From Ilumatobacteraceae bacterium (GTDB lineage Bacteria > Actinomycetota > Acidimicrobiia > Acidimicrobiales > Ilumatobacteraceae): DNA of 64,000 nt. The stretch is from contig JANYKU010000020.1 in the NCBI GenBank assembly GCA_025358075.1, positions 428 through 64,427 on the forward strand, read 5' to 3'. Below are positions 40,094 through 47,989 of this stretch, one piece after another. Position 1 is the first letter of the stretch. Each line of letters begins with the position of its first letter. The notes below the pieces were generated by a model that saw only the letters and a program-made list of their open reading frames with translations, made no database searches and had not been told where the DNA came from. The position numbers were made by a program, and so were the translations under genes.

Positions 40094-41014
40094 ATGGCTG
40101 ATCAGCTGGAGCGCACCACGAACCTGCTGGCGCTGCTGCTCGAGACGCGGGTGCCGCTCACCCTCGACGAGATCGTCAACCAGTTGCGCGACCAGTACCC
40201 CGCCGGGCATTCGGCCATGCGTGGCGCGTTCGAGCGAGACAAGGGTCTGCTGCGCGAGGTTGGGGTGCCGATCGAGACCGAAGTACTGGGTGGATCTCGG
40301 GCCGGGCAGACGGCATACCGCGTCGATCGCGACCGATACGAGTTGCGCGGCCTGGAACTGACCGATGCAGAACGGAGGGCGCTACAAGTGGCGGTCGCCG
40401 CGGCGCGCACGACCGACGCGGAGTTCGGGATGCTGAAGCTCGGTGGAGTCGCCGACAGCTCCGCATCGATCACCGCCAGCCTTCCGCAACTCGCGCTGCT
40501 GCCCGTGCTCGGCGAGGCGATCGCGGCACGGTCGAAGATCAAGTTCGACTATCGGGCGACGCCCCGCACGCTGCAGCCATACGCGCTGCTGTTGCGTGAG
40601 GGCTTCTGGTACGTGATCGGGCACGACCTCGGCCACGACGAAGTTCGCACCTACCGAGTCGATCGAATCGAGGGTTCGATCAAGTCGAATGGTCGCGCCG
40701 AGTTCGAGCGACCCGACAACTTCGATCCACGCACCGTCTTCCCGGCCGACCCGAAAGAGTTGGGGGAGGGTGACGAGTCGGCAATCGTGCGAATCGACGG
40801 CGCGCGAGCGACGTTCGCCGTTCGCGAGTTGGGTGAGGAGTCGATCGTGCGCCGCCTCGCCGACGGCGGCGTGGAAGTGGCGGTTCCGTGCTCGAACATC
40901 GACGCGTTTCGCTCGTGGTTGTTCGGATGGGGCCTGCACGCCGAGGTCGTTGCCCCGATCGAGTTGCGCGAGAGCCTCCGTGATTGGCTGCGAACGATGG
41001 CGGCTCGATCGTGA
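40094..41014 (+). CDS. HTH-WYL-WCX transcriptional regulator, PafB-like
   Basis: The ATG is at 40094. The HTH reads LLALLLETRVPLTLDEIVNQL and the WYL core reads LQPYALLLREGFWYVIGHDLGHDEVRTYRVDRI. It pairs with the next gene through a GTGA overlap. Confidence 0.65.
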   Translation: MADQLERTTNLLALLLETRVPLTLDEIVNQLRDQYPAGHSAMRGAFERDKGLLREVGVPIETEVLGGSRAGQTAYRVDRDRYELRGLELTDAERRALQVAVAAARTTDAEFGMLKLGGVADSSASITASLPQLALLPVLGEAIAARSKIKFDYRATPRTLQPYALLLREGFWYVIGHDLGHDEVRTYRVDRIEGSIKSNGRAEFERPDNFDPRTVFPADPKELGEGDESAIVRIDGARATFAVRELGEESIVRRLADGGVEVAVPCSNIDAFRSWLFGWGLHAEVVAPIELRESLRDWLRTMAARS

Positions 41015-41967
41015 CGACTCGTCGCGGTCCACGTCGGTCCGAGGATCGGTTGCGTCGCCTGCTGGTGATGTTGCCGTGGCTGATGGAGCGTGGCGAGGTT
41101 CCGGTGGCCGAGATGGCTGCTCGTTTCGAGCTCACCGAAGCCGAGCTGATCGGCGACCTCGAGCTCGCCGCACTGTGCGGCCTGCCGCCGTTCATCGACG
41201 AGATGATCGACGTGTTCATCGACGAAGGCGTGGTGTTCGCCGGTCTGCCGCGGTTGTTCACCAAGCCGCTGCGGCTCACCGCCCCCGAGGGCTTCGCGCT
41301 GCTGTCGTCCGGCAGGGCGGCGATGCAATTGCCAGGTGCCGATCCCGACGGGGCATTGGCACGGGCACTCGCCAAACTGGCGGGCGTACTCGGCGATGAT
41401 GGAGTCGTCGTCGATGTGCCCCAGCCGCCGGCAACTGCCGACCTGGCGGCAGCCGTCAACGACAACGCCCGGCTGAGCGTGCGCTACTGGTCGGCGGGGC
41501 GTGACGAGTCGACCGAGCGCGAGATCACGCCGCGCTCGATCTTCCTCGACCGCGGCGACTGGTACGTGGTCGCCGACGACAGTCGCTCGGGCGAACGGCG
41601 CACGTTCCGCATCGACCGCTTCGAGGCGTGGGCCCGTACCGGTGAGATCGATCCGCCTTCTACGAGTTCGACGACAGTCATTCCGCCGACCGGTGATCAA
41701 TGGTTTGCCGACAGCGACGTGCCGTCGGTCGTGCTGCGCCTCGCACCGCAAGCCCGGTGGGCGGCCGAGCGTTACCCCGTGCGCGAGGAACGCGACGACG
41801 GCGACGCGCTGGTCGTGCGCATGGCGGTGGCCAATGAACAGTGGTTGCGAACCCTGCTGCTACGCCTTGGCCGATACGCCGAGGTGATCGAACCGGCCGA
41901 GTGGCACGACCTTGGTGCCGAGGCGGCACGGCAACTCTTGGAGCGCTACGAGGCAACCGCCAGCTGA
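41011..41967 (+). CDS. HTH-WYL-WCX transcriptional regulator, PafC-like
   Basis: The GTG is at 41011. The N-terminus reads RLRRLLVMLPWLMERGEVPVAEMAARF and the WYL core reads ITPRSIFLDRGDWYVVADDSRSGERRTFRIDRF. Confidence 0.65.
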   Translation: MTTRRGPRRSEDRLRRLLVMLPWLMERGEVPVAEMAARFELTEAELIGDLELAALCGLPPFIDEMIDVFIDEGVVFAGLPRLFTKPLRLTAPEGFALLSSGRAAMQLPGADPDGALARALAKLAGVLGDDGVVVDVPQPPATADLAAAVNDNARLSVRYWSAGRDESTEREITPRSIFLDRGDWYVVADDSRSGERRTFRIDRFEAWARTGEIDPPSTSSTTVIPPTGDQWFADSDVPSVVLRLAPQARWAAERYPVREERDDGDALVVRMAVANEQWLRTLLLRLGRYAEVIEPAEWHDLGAEAARQLLERYEATAS

Positions 41968-42527
41968 GCGGAGGTGGTGATGCCATGAGCCCTGAGGAGA
42001 TGGGGGAGCACCGCCGCGGTGGCATCGGCGTCGGCCAGCGCGTCGTGAGGCCGCACGAGCTCGATGTCGTAGCGAGCGCACAGGTCGGTGAGGCGATGAG
42101 AAAGTCGGCGATCGGGGTCGAGCCGGCGCGACATGGTGAGGGTGCACAACGGGTTGACGATCGGTAGCGCAACACCGTGCGTCTTGCCGGCCTTGCGCAG
42201 GAACTCGGCGTCGAACGCAGCGTTGTGGGCGACGAAATGGGCGTCGTCGAGTCGAGCAGCCAACTCCCGCAGCACCTGATCACCTGGCGGGGCGGCCAGC
42301 ACCATGTGGCGGCGGATGCCTTGGATGCCGACCGGGCCGACGCGGAACCACCAGCGCCGCCGCGGGGCGACCAGGCTGGACCATCGATCGAGCACCCGAC
42401 CGTTGCCATCGACCACGACCAGACCGATCTGCAACACGTGGTGGCGGCGCAACGACAACCCCGAGGTCTCGACATCGACGACGGCGAATCTCATGGCGTC
42501 GAGCTCCGCATCCATGAGCCCAACCAT
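41946..42527 (-). CDS. DEDDh 3'-5' exonuclease (DnaQ/epsilon-like)
   Basis: The three exonuclease motifs are Exo I FAVVDVETSGL, Exo II VAHNAAFDAEFL and Exo III HDALADADA. Start candidates are 42527, 42515 and 42494. The 3' end overlaps pafC-like by 22 nt in convergent orientation. Confidence 0.8.
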   Translation of the reverse strand: MVGLMDAELDAMRFAVVDVETSGLSLRRHHVLQIGLVVVDGNGRVLDRWSSLVAPRRRWWFRVGPVGIQGIRRHMVLAAPPGDQVLRELAARLDDAHFVAHNAAFDAEFLRKAGKTHGVALPIVNPLCTLTMSRRLDPDRRLSHRLTDLCARYDIELVRPHDALADADATAAVLPHLLRAHGITTSAQLAVAS

Positions 42528-42559
42528 ACGCCGGGGGTGTGACGCGGGGTGGTTCGCGA

Positions 42560-43939
42560 TCAGAGCAGTTCGGCGGCGAGGCTGGCGACGGCGCTGCGCT
42601 CGCACGACGACAGGGTGATGTGGCCGAAGCAACGCTGGCCACCGAAGGCCTGGATCAACACGGCCAGGGCGTTGTTGGACTCGCCCATGTACGGCGCGTC
42701 GATCTGGCTGGTGTCACCCGTGAAGATGACTTTGGTGCCTTCGCCGATTCGGGTCAACACGGTCTTCAACGTGGTCGGCTCCAGGTTCTGGGCCTCGTCG
42801 ACGACGACGATCTGGCGATGCAGCGAACGACCACGCAAGAAGGTGACCGATTCGAGCGACAACTGGTTGCGACCGATCAGTTCGTCGATGAGGCGGCTGG
42901 CGTCGTTGCTGCTGCGCTGATCGGTGAGCGCGACGATGGCGTCGAAGATGGCCGACATCCACGGGTCGAGCTTCTCCTCCAGCGTTCCGGGCAGGAACCC
43001 GACATCGGCTCGCCCGACCGCGATCAGCGGGCGGTACACGGCCAGGCGTTCGTAGCGGCGTGATTCGACGACCTGTTCGAGGCCGGCAGCGATGGCCAGC
43101 AGCGTCTTGCCCGTGCCGGCGCGGCCATCGAGAGCGACAACGCTGACGTCGGGGTCGAGCAGCAGTTCCAGCGCAAACCGTTGCTCCTTCGATCGGGCGC
43201 GCAGGCCCCACGGTTCCGGGGCGTTGTGCGGCAGCAGCACGAGGTCATCGCCGACCCGGCGGGTCAGGGCGGACTGCGACCCGGCGCGCAGCACCGCGAA
43301 ACCGTTCTCGTGCAGTTGGTCGCACTCCGGAATCGACTCGACAGCGATTCCACTGGCCGCGTACAGGCAGTCGATCGCCTCGTGGCCGGCGTCGAAGGTG
43401 CCCCAACCGGTCGGCCGTGTCGACATGCTGCGCCCGACCGGTCGATGCTCCGCAGCGCGCAGGCCGAGGTGGGCGGCTTTGATTCGAAGCGCCGCATCGT
43501 TGGAGACGACGCACGTGTCTCCGTGCATCTGCTGCCCGAGCGCGGCACCGATGATCCGATTGTCAGGAAGCGACGGGTCGAGCCCGTGCTCGATCAACAG
43601 GTGCTTCTGCACACCATTGATCTCGATCTTCACGGTGGTCGTCGACGAGCCGTCGCCGACGGGCGTGGCGTCGGCCAGCGACCCGCCCGCGTTCACGCGC
43701 AGTTCCTCGAGGGTGCGAAGCGCGGTGCGCGCTGCCCGACCGACGTCGTCGACGCGACTCTTCAGGCCGTCGAGCTCTTCGATGACCGTCAGCGGAATGA
43801 CGACATCTGCACCGACGAAGCTAGCGATGCACGTTGGGTCGGCGACCAGCACCGAGGTGTCGAGCACGATTCTCGTCCGCACACCCCCCTCAAAATCGAC
43901 ATGACGTTGATGGGTGGAGACAAGATCGGTCAACGCAAC
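42560..43939 (-). CDS. PhoH2-type protein (N-terminal PIN domain plus PhoH P-loop ATPase)
   Basis: The PIN region reads IVLDTSVLVADP...VVSNDAALRIKA. Walker A is GRAGTGKT and Walker B is VVVDEAQN. The ORF opens at a TTG at 44041, only 3 nt from the divergent HIT start, so a downstream GTG (43939, 43921, 43900 or 43882) is more likely. The start is uncertain. Confidence 0.85.
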   Translation of the reverse strand, partial: VALTDLVSTHQRHVDFEGGVRTRIVLDTSVLVADPTCIASFVGADVVIPLTVIEELDGLKSRVDDVGRAARTALRTLEELRVNAGGSLADATPVGDGSSTTTVKIEINGVQKHLLIEHGLDPSLPDNRIIGAALGQQMHGDTCVVSNDAALRIKAAHLGLRAAEHRPVGRSMSTRPTGWGTFDAGHEAIDCLYAASGIAVESIPECDQLHENGFAVLRAGSQSALTRRVGDDLVLLPHNAPEPWGLRARSKEQRFALELLLDPDVSVVALDGRAGTGKTLLAIAAGLEQVVESRRYERLAVYRPLIAVGRADVGFLPGTLEEKLDPWMSAIFDAIVALTDQRSSNDASRLIDELIGRNQLSLESVTFLRGRSLHRQIVVVDEAQNLEPTTLKTVLTRIGEGTKVIFTGDTSQIDAPYMGESNNALAVLIQAFGGQRCFGHITLSSCERSAVASLAAELL

Positions 43940-44043
43940 TCCAATCGACTGTTCGGTATGGCAAGCGAACTCCGCAACGCAACAGTTGTAGCCGAGCAGG
44001 CGCGGGCGATGGTGGATAGCGGCAGTGCAGGCAGAATGCAATC

Positions 44044-44487
44044 GTGTCCGAATCTCCGTGCCTGTTCTGCGACGTCGTCAACGGCGCAGTGCCCGTTCGC
44101 ACCGTCACGAGCGACGAGATCGCCGTCGCCTTGCTCGACCGTTCGCCGGTGTTCAAGGGTCATGTGTTGGTGGTTCCACGGCAGCACGTGGTGACGCTCG
44201 CCGACCTCGATCATGATCTCGTCGGTCCCTTCTTCGAACGGGTGCAGCGAATCTCGGCGGCGATGCCGGCGGCATTTGGCTGCGACGGAACATTCGTGGC
44301 GATGAACAACGTCGTCAGCCAGAGCGTCGCCCATCTTCATGTGCACGTCGTGCCGAGGCGACGCAAGGACGGGCTTCGCGGGTTCTTCTGGCCGCGGGTT
44401 CGTTACGACTCGGATGCCGAGGCCGACGACTACGCCGCGCGGCTCCGCGCTGCCCTGGTCGGCGACGCCGCCAACGACGAAGGCTGA
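44044..44487 (+). CDS. HIT family nucleotide hydrolase/transferase
   Basis: The N-terminus reads CLFCDVV and the histidine triad is HLHVHVVP. The protein is 147 aa. Confidence 0.9.
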   Translation: MSESPCLFCDVVNGAVPVRTVTSDEIAVALLDRSPVFKGHVLVVPRQHVVTLADLDHDLVGPFFERVQRISAAMPAAFGCDGTFVAMNNVVSQSVAHLHVHVVPRRRKDGLRGFFWPRVRYDSDAEADDYAARLRAALVGDAANDEG

Positions 44488-44491
44488 TCCG

Positions 44492-45139
44492 TCAACAGAC
44501 GATGCGCATCTCGATGCCGCGGGTGTCGCGCTGTCCGTCTCCGAAGCAGCGGTGCTCGTTGCGTTGGAAGCGGCTGATGCTCAACAGTGCGGCGTAAGCG
44601 TCGAACAAGTCATCGAGCGCCGCGCCGGGCGGCGCGATTGTTGGGATCTTGAAATGATCGGCCAACAGTCGTCGGCGGAGGAGCTGGCCGTCGACCGTCT
44701 TCTTCGACGGCAGGCTTCGATCGCCGTTGAGCATCCTGAACGTGCACTCCGGATGAACTTCGACGAGTACGTCCTGGTTCGCGGGATCGATCAGCTGGTC
44801 GACCTCTGCGACCTTGCGCATGGTGTTGAAGGTCTGCTTGGAGATTCCGCGACCTGTTGCGCTTCGCGCCGCTTCGAGCGCAGAGCGATAGTCGGTGCAG
44901 GTCAGAGCGGCGCGCGGTGGTGCAGGAAACACCGAGCTGCGTGAACTGCCGAGGTACTGACGTGCCGCTCTGTCGCACGCGCGCGGTGGCCCGTCGGTCA
45001 GTCCGATCGGCATGTCGATGCCAACGCGGTCGAACTGATCGATGCTCAAACTCGGGATGACGAAGACATCGCCGAACGTCGCGACGATCCATCCCGCCTT
45101 GCAGCCATCGACTCCGGCAATCTCGTCGTGAGGGTACAT
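44492..45139 (-). CDS. DUF429 family protein (RNase-H-like fold)
   Basis: The ATG at 45139 lies inside ORF 44492..45208. The strings AGVDGCKAGWIVA, GIDMPIGL and EVHPECTF are present. Confidence 0.7.
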   Translation of the reverse strand: MYPHDEIAGVDGCKAGWIVATFGDVFVIPSLSIDQFDRVGIDMPIGLTDGPPRACDRAARQYLGSSRSSVFPAPPRAALTCTDYRSALEAARSATGRGISKQTFNTMRKVAEVDQLIDPANQDVLVEVHPECTFRMLNGDRSLPSKKTVDGQLLRRRLLADHFKIPTIAPPGAALDDLFDAYAALLSISRFQRNEHRCFGDGQRDTRGIEMRIVC

Positions 45140-45266
45140 CGATCGCTTCTCCAGATGATTGCAAATGCAACAACATTGGTGCTTGTAATTGGTGTGCGAA
45201 ACACGCACGATTTATGTTCGTAACGCTCCGTTACTACAACCCGATACCCGGAGGTATCAAAACAAC

Positions 45267-45545
45267 ATGACCAAAGCTGAGCTGATCGATGCGGTAGCGA
45301 AGAGCGCCGATGTGAGCAAGGCCGATGCCGAGCGAACCGTTGGCGCATTCTTCGAGATCGTTACGAAGGCTGCGATGACGGGCGACAAGGTCGCTTGGCC
45401 GGGCTTCGGCTCGTTCAGCACCTCCAAGTCACAGGCGCGCACCGGCCGCAATCCTCAGACCGGCGCTGCAGTCAACATCGCTGCATCGACTCGAATGAAG
45501 TTCACGGCGAGCAGCACGCTCAAAGCAGCCCTCAACAACAAGTAA
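45267..45545 (+). CDS. hup: HU-type nucleoid-associated DNA-binding protein (core fold only, 92 aa)
   Basis: GGAGG at 45250-45254 precedes the ATG at 45267. Motifs are MTKAELIDAVA, GFGSFSTSKSQARTGRNPQTG and ASTRMKFTAS. It ends at the TAA at 45543-45545. Confidence 0.9.
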   Translation: MTKAELIDAVAKSADVSKADAERTVGAFFEIVTKAAMTGDKVAWPGFGSFSTSKSQARTGRNPQTGAAVNIAASTRMKFTASSTLKAALNNK

Positions 45546-45574
45546 CAACCGAAACAAGAAAGAAGGAACCACCA

Positions 45575-45739
45575 GTGGCAGCAAAGAAGGCAGCAGCCAA
45601 GAAAGCAGCTCCGGCCAAGAAGGCCGCAGCAAAGAAGGCGGCTCCGGCCAAGAAGGCAGCAGCCAAGAAAGCAGCTCCTGCGAAGAAGGCAGCAGCCAAG
45701 AAAGCTCCGGCGAAGAAGGCAGCAGCCAAGAAGAAGTGA
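45575..45739 (+). CDS. Stand-alone Lys/Ala-rich (PAKKA-repeat) histone-H1-like tail ORF, 54 aa
   Basis: The GTG at 45575 is preceded by AGAAGGAA at 45561-45568. The product is VAAKKAAAKKAAPAKKAAAKKAAPAKKAAAKKAAPAKKAAAKKAPAKKAAAKKK. The frame is -1 relative to hup and open back to 45395. It could instead be the frameshifted 3' end of hup. Confidence 0.5.
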   Translation: MAAKKAAAKKAAPAKKAAAKKAAPAKKAAAKKAAPAKKAAAKKAPAKKAAAKKK

Positions 45740-45774
45740 TCGTCGACGTAACTGTCGACACGCGGAGCGGGAAG

Positions 45775-45810
45775 AGCGGAGGGCATCAAGCCCTCCGCTT
45801 CTTCTGTTTT
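45775..45810 (+). terminator. Intrinsic terminator after the hup/tail unit
   Basis: The stem pairs AGCGGAGGGC (45775-45784) with GCCCTCCGCT (45790-45799) around a 5-nt loop. It is followed by TCTTCTGTTTT. Confidence 0.75.
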
Positions 45811-45827
45811 GCGGGCATGATTTCCGG

Positions 45828-46619
45828 ATGCGTTCGATCTGCGCCGACCTTGCCGCCGAGCACGACGATCTGGACGCACTGGTGTCGGGTCTCGCCGACT
45901 CGCAATGGCGCATCGAGACGCCGTCACCCGGGTGGGCGGTTCGTGACCAGATCAGCCACTTGTGGTTCTTCGATCAACGAGCGGTGATGGCGCTCACGGA
46001 TGTCGATGCGTTCACTGCCGACGTCGAATGGTTGCTGACCAACGGCGGAACCGATGCGTCCGTCGAGCCGGGTCGCTCGATCGAGCCGGGTGAGCTCCTC
46101 CATCAGTGGCGCGACGATCGTCGTCGCCTGATCGACGTCGCCTCGACCCTTGAACCGTCGACGCGAGTGCCGTGGTACGGACCGGCGATGGCGGCACGCT
46201 CGTTCATCACTGCTCGGCTGATGGAGACGTGGGCGCACGGTCAAGATGTCGCCGACGCGTTAGGCGTCGTCCGGCAACCGTCGGCACGGTTGCGTCACGT
46301 GGCTCACCTCGGTGTCCGGGCTCGGCCGTTCAGCTACGCCATCCACAACATGGCGCTTCCCGCAGTCGACGTCGCCGTGCGCCTCTCGGGCCCCGACGGC
46401 GAACTGTGGGAATGGTCAGTGCCCGACGGCGGGACGGCGGAGAACACGGTTTCGGGACCAGCCCTCGACTTCTGCCTCGTCGTCACGCAACGACGTCACC
46501 TCGCCGATACCCGACTCAACGTTGTGGGCGAAGCGGCAGCGGAATGGATTGCGATCGCCCAGACCTTCGCCGGTGCACCCGGGGTCGGCCGGCGACCCGG
46601 AGAGTTCACAGATCGGTGA
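45828..46619 (+). CDS. TIGR03084-type DinB-fold metal-binding protein (mycothiol MDMPI-like N-terminus)
   Basis: Motifs are DLAAEHDDLDALVSGL, TPSPGWAVRDQISHLWFFD and ETWAHGQDV. Confidence 0.75.
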   Translation: MRSICADLAAEHDDLDALVSGLADSQWRIETPSPGWAVRDQISHLWFFDQRAVMALTDVDAFTADVEWLLTNGGTDASVEPGRSIEPGELLHQWRDDRRRLIDVASTLEPSTRVPWYGPAMAARSFITARLMETWAHGQDVADALGVVRQPSARLRHVAHLGVRARPFSYAIHNMALPAVDVAVRLSGPDGELWEWSVPDGGTAENTVSGPALDFCLVVTQRRHLADTRLNVVGEAAAEWIAIAQTFAGAPGVGRRPGEFTDR

Positions 46620-47385
46620 TCAACTTGAACACTTCGGCGGCCTGATATCCGAACGGTTCCCCGAGTCCGGCCAGCCGTTCGCCGACTCGCTGCCTGAACG
46701 CCACCAGCTGATCGTCGTCGACGGCCTTCATAGTGCTCTCGAACTGGCTGGCGTGCGCCTCGAGTGCGTCGAGTTTGCAATCGACGAATCGTCCGCCGTC
46801 TCCGCCGACATCTTCGACGTGATCGGGCTCGTCCGCCTCCCACAGCAGCAGTGCGCTCGGCCGGTGCGCGGCCAAGTGCTGCTCACGATAGAAGTGCGGG
46901 TCGCGTGCGGCGACGATGCCTTCGCAGGCGAGCAGCCCGGCGTGGCGATGGTCAGGGTGCAGGCGATAGCGCTTCCACGGGTCGTGACCGAACACGACAT
47001 CGGGACGAAGCTCGCGGATCACTCTCGCTACCTCGCCGCGGGACTTCAGGTCGCTGTCGAGCTCGCCATCGACGTGATCGAGGAAGCGCACCACACCGGC
47101 GTTGACGCCGCTCAGCCGTCGGGCCGCCTCGACCTGTTCGAGCTGACGCTGGGCAACAAGGGCGGCCACGTCGGCGTCGGGGTTCCACGTGCCTTTCGAG
47201 CCATCGGTACAGATCAGGTGATGCACGACGCAGCCGGCCGCAGCCCACTTGGCGAGCGTCGCACCGCCACCGAATTCGACGTCGTCGGGATGCGCGCCGA
47301 TGGCCAGCGCGACGGCCGGCACGGCAAGGTTGTGGGTGAACGCGCTGCGCCCTACCGCTGGTTGGCCTGGTTCATTTGCAGCCAT
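46606..47385 (-). CDS. PIG-L (LmbE) family deacetylase
   Basis: Motifs are ALAIGAHPDDVEFGGGATLAK, CTDGSKG and HPDHRHAG. Confidence 0.85.
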   Translation of the reverse strand: MAANEPGQPAVGRSAFTHNLAVPAVALAIGAHPDDVEFGGGATLAKWAAAGCVVHHLICTDGSKGTWNPDADVAALVAQRQLEQVEAARRLSGVNAGVVRFLDHVDGELDSDLKSRGEVARVIRELRPDVVFGHDPWKRYRLHPDHRHAGLLACEGIVAARDPHFYREQHLAAHRPSALLLWEADEPDHVEDVGGDGGRFVDCKLDALEAHASQFESTMKAVDDDQLVAFRQRVGERLAGLGEPFGYQAAEVFKLITDL

Positions 47386-47957
47386 GAGGGAAGCACTTCC
47401 TGTACGAGCGGATGGGCGAGGTCGGCGGGAGTGTCGATGTCGGCGGCCAGCAACGGATCGCGGCGCACCCGCACAGAGTGTCCCGAGGCGATGGCGGAGG
47501 CGAGGTGCCGTTGGAACGAACCTGGGCCGTAGGCGAATCGAAAGTCGAGGTCGGTTGGAAGAGCGATGACGTTCGTTCCGTCGCCATGTCGATCGGGCAC
47601 GAGCGTCACGGTGCCGGGCTCGCTCAGCGCGGCCAGCGAGTGGGCGCGGGGCAGGTCGCCATGGGCGACGATCACATCGGTGACGCCTGCGTCGCGAAGC
47701 TCGGCGACGCTATCGGTCACTGCGGCGTTGAGACCGACGCCGGGGTGCCAGAGGATTGCAGCTCCGTGCTCAACGGCCCACGCAGCGACCTGCTCGTCGT
47801 CGCATGCGACGTAGGTGGGCAGCTCACCTGCGGCGGCGAGCACCCTGGCCGCCGTCCACCTGGCCAGTCGTTCTCGTTCGGTGTTGCCGAGCACCGTCGC
47901 CAACCGGGCTTTGGCATCGGTGAAGGCCTTGACCGGGACGAGCACGACGGCATTCAC
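47352..47957 (-). CDS. cofC: 2-phospho-L-lactate (or PEP) guanylyltransferase, F420 biosynthesis
   Basis: Motifs are AVVLVPVKAFTDAKARL, VIVAHGDLP and DRHGDGTN. Its 3' end overlaps the PIG-L start by 34 nt. Confidence 0.8.
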   Translation of the reverse strand: MNAVVLVPVKAFTDAKARLATVLGNTERERLARWTAARVLAAAGELPTYVACDDEQVAAWAVEHGAAILWHPGVGLNAAVTDSVAELRDAGVTDVIVAHGDLPRAHSLAALSEPGTVTLVPDRHGDGTNVIALPTDLDFRFAYGPGSFQRHLASAIASGHSVRVRRDPLLAADIDTPADLAHPLVQEVLPSWLQMNQANQR

Positions 47958-47989
47958 TCATCGCATCGTAGGCACCTACGCTGTCATTC

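Noticed and set aside
45030-45045. I looked for actinobacterial SOS-box-like (TCGAAC-N4-GTTCGA) and PafBC/RecA-NDp-like (TGTCGGTG-N8-TANNNT) motifs near the WYL/nuclease block. One example is TCGAACTGATCGATGC here, and TGTCGGTG strings occur at about 27229 and 52936.
   Set aside because: All hits lie inside coding sequence, are mismatched or lack the downstream -10 element. No convincing intergenic site was found by eye, so a proper matrix scan is needed.
45480-45545. I considered programmed -1 frameshifting to join the HU core and the tail.
   Set aside because: I saw no X XXY YYZ slippery heptamer and no obvious downstream pseudoknot. This remains only a minor alternative within the split-HU finding.
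45575-45739. A periodic DNA repeat of about 30-33 nt could be mistaken for a CRISPR-like or satellite array.
   Set aside because: There are no unique spacers, and the periodicity is simply the coding repeat for PAKKAA units in an open frame with an RBS and a terminator.
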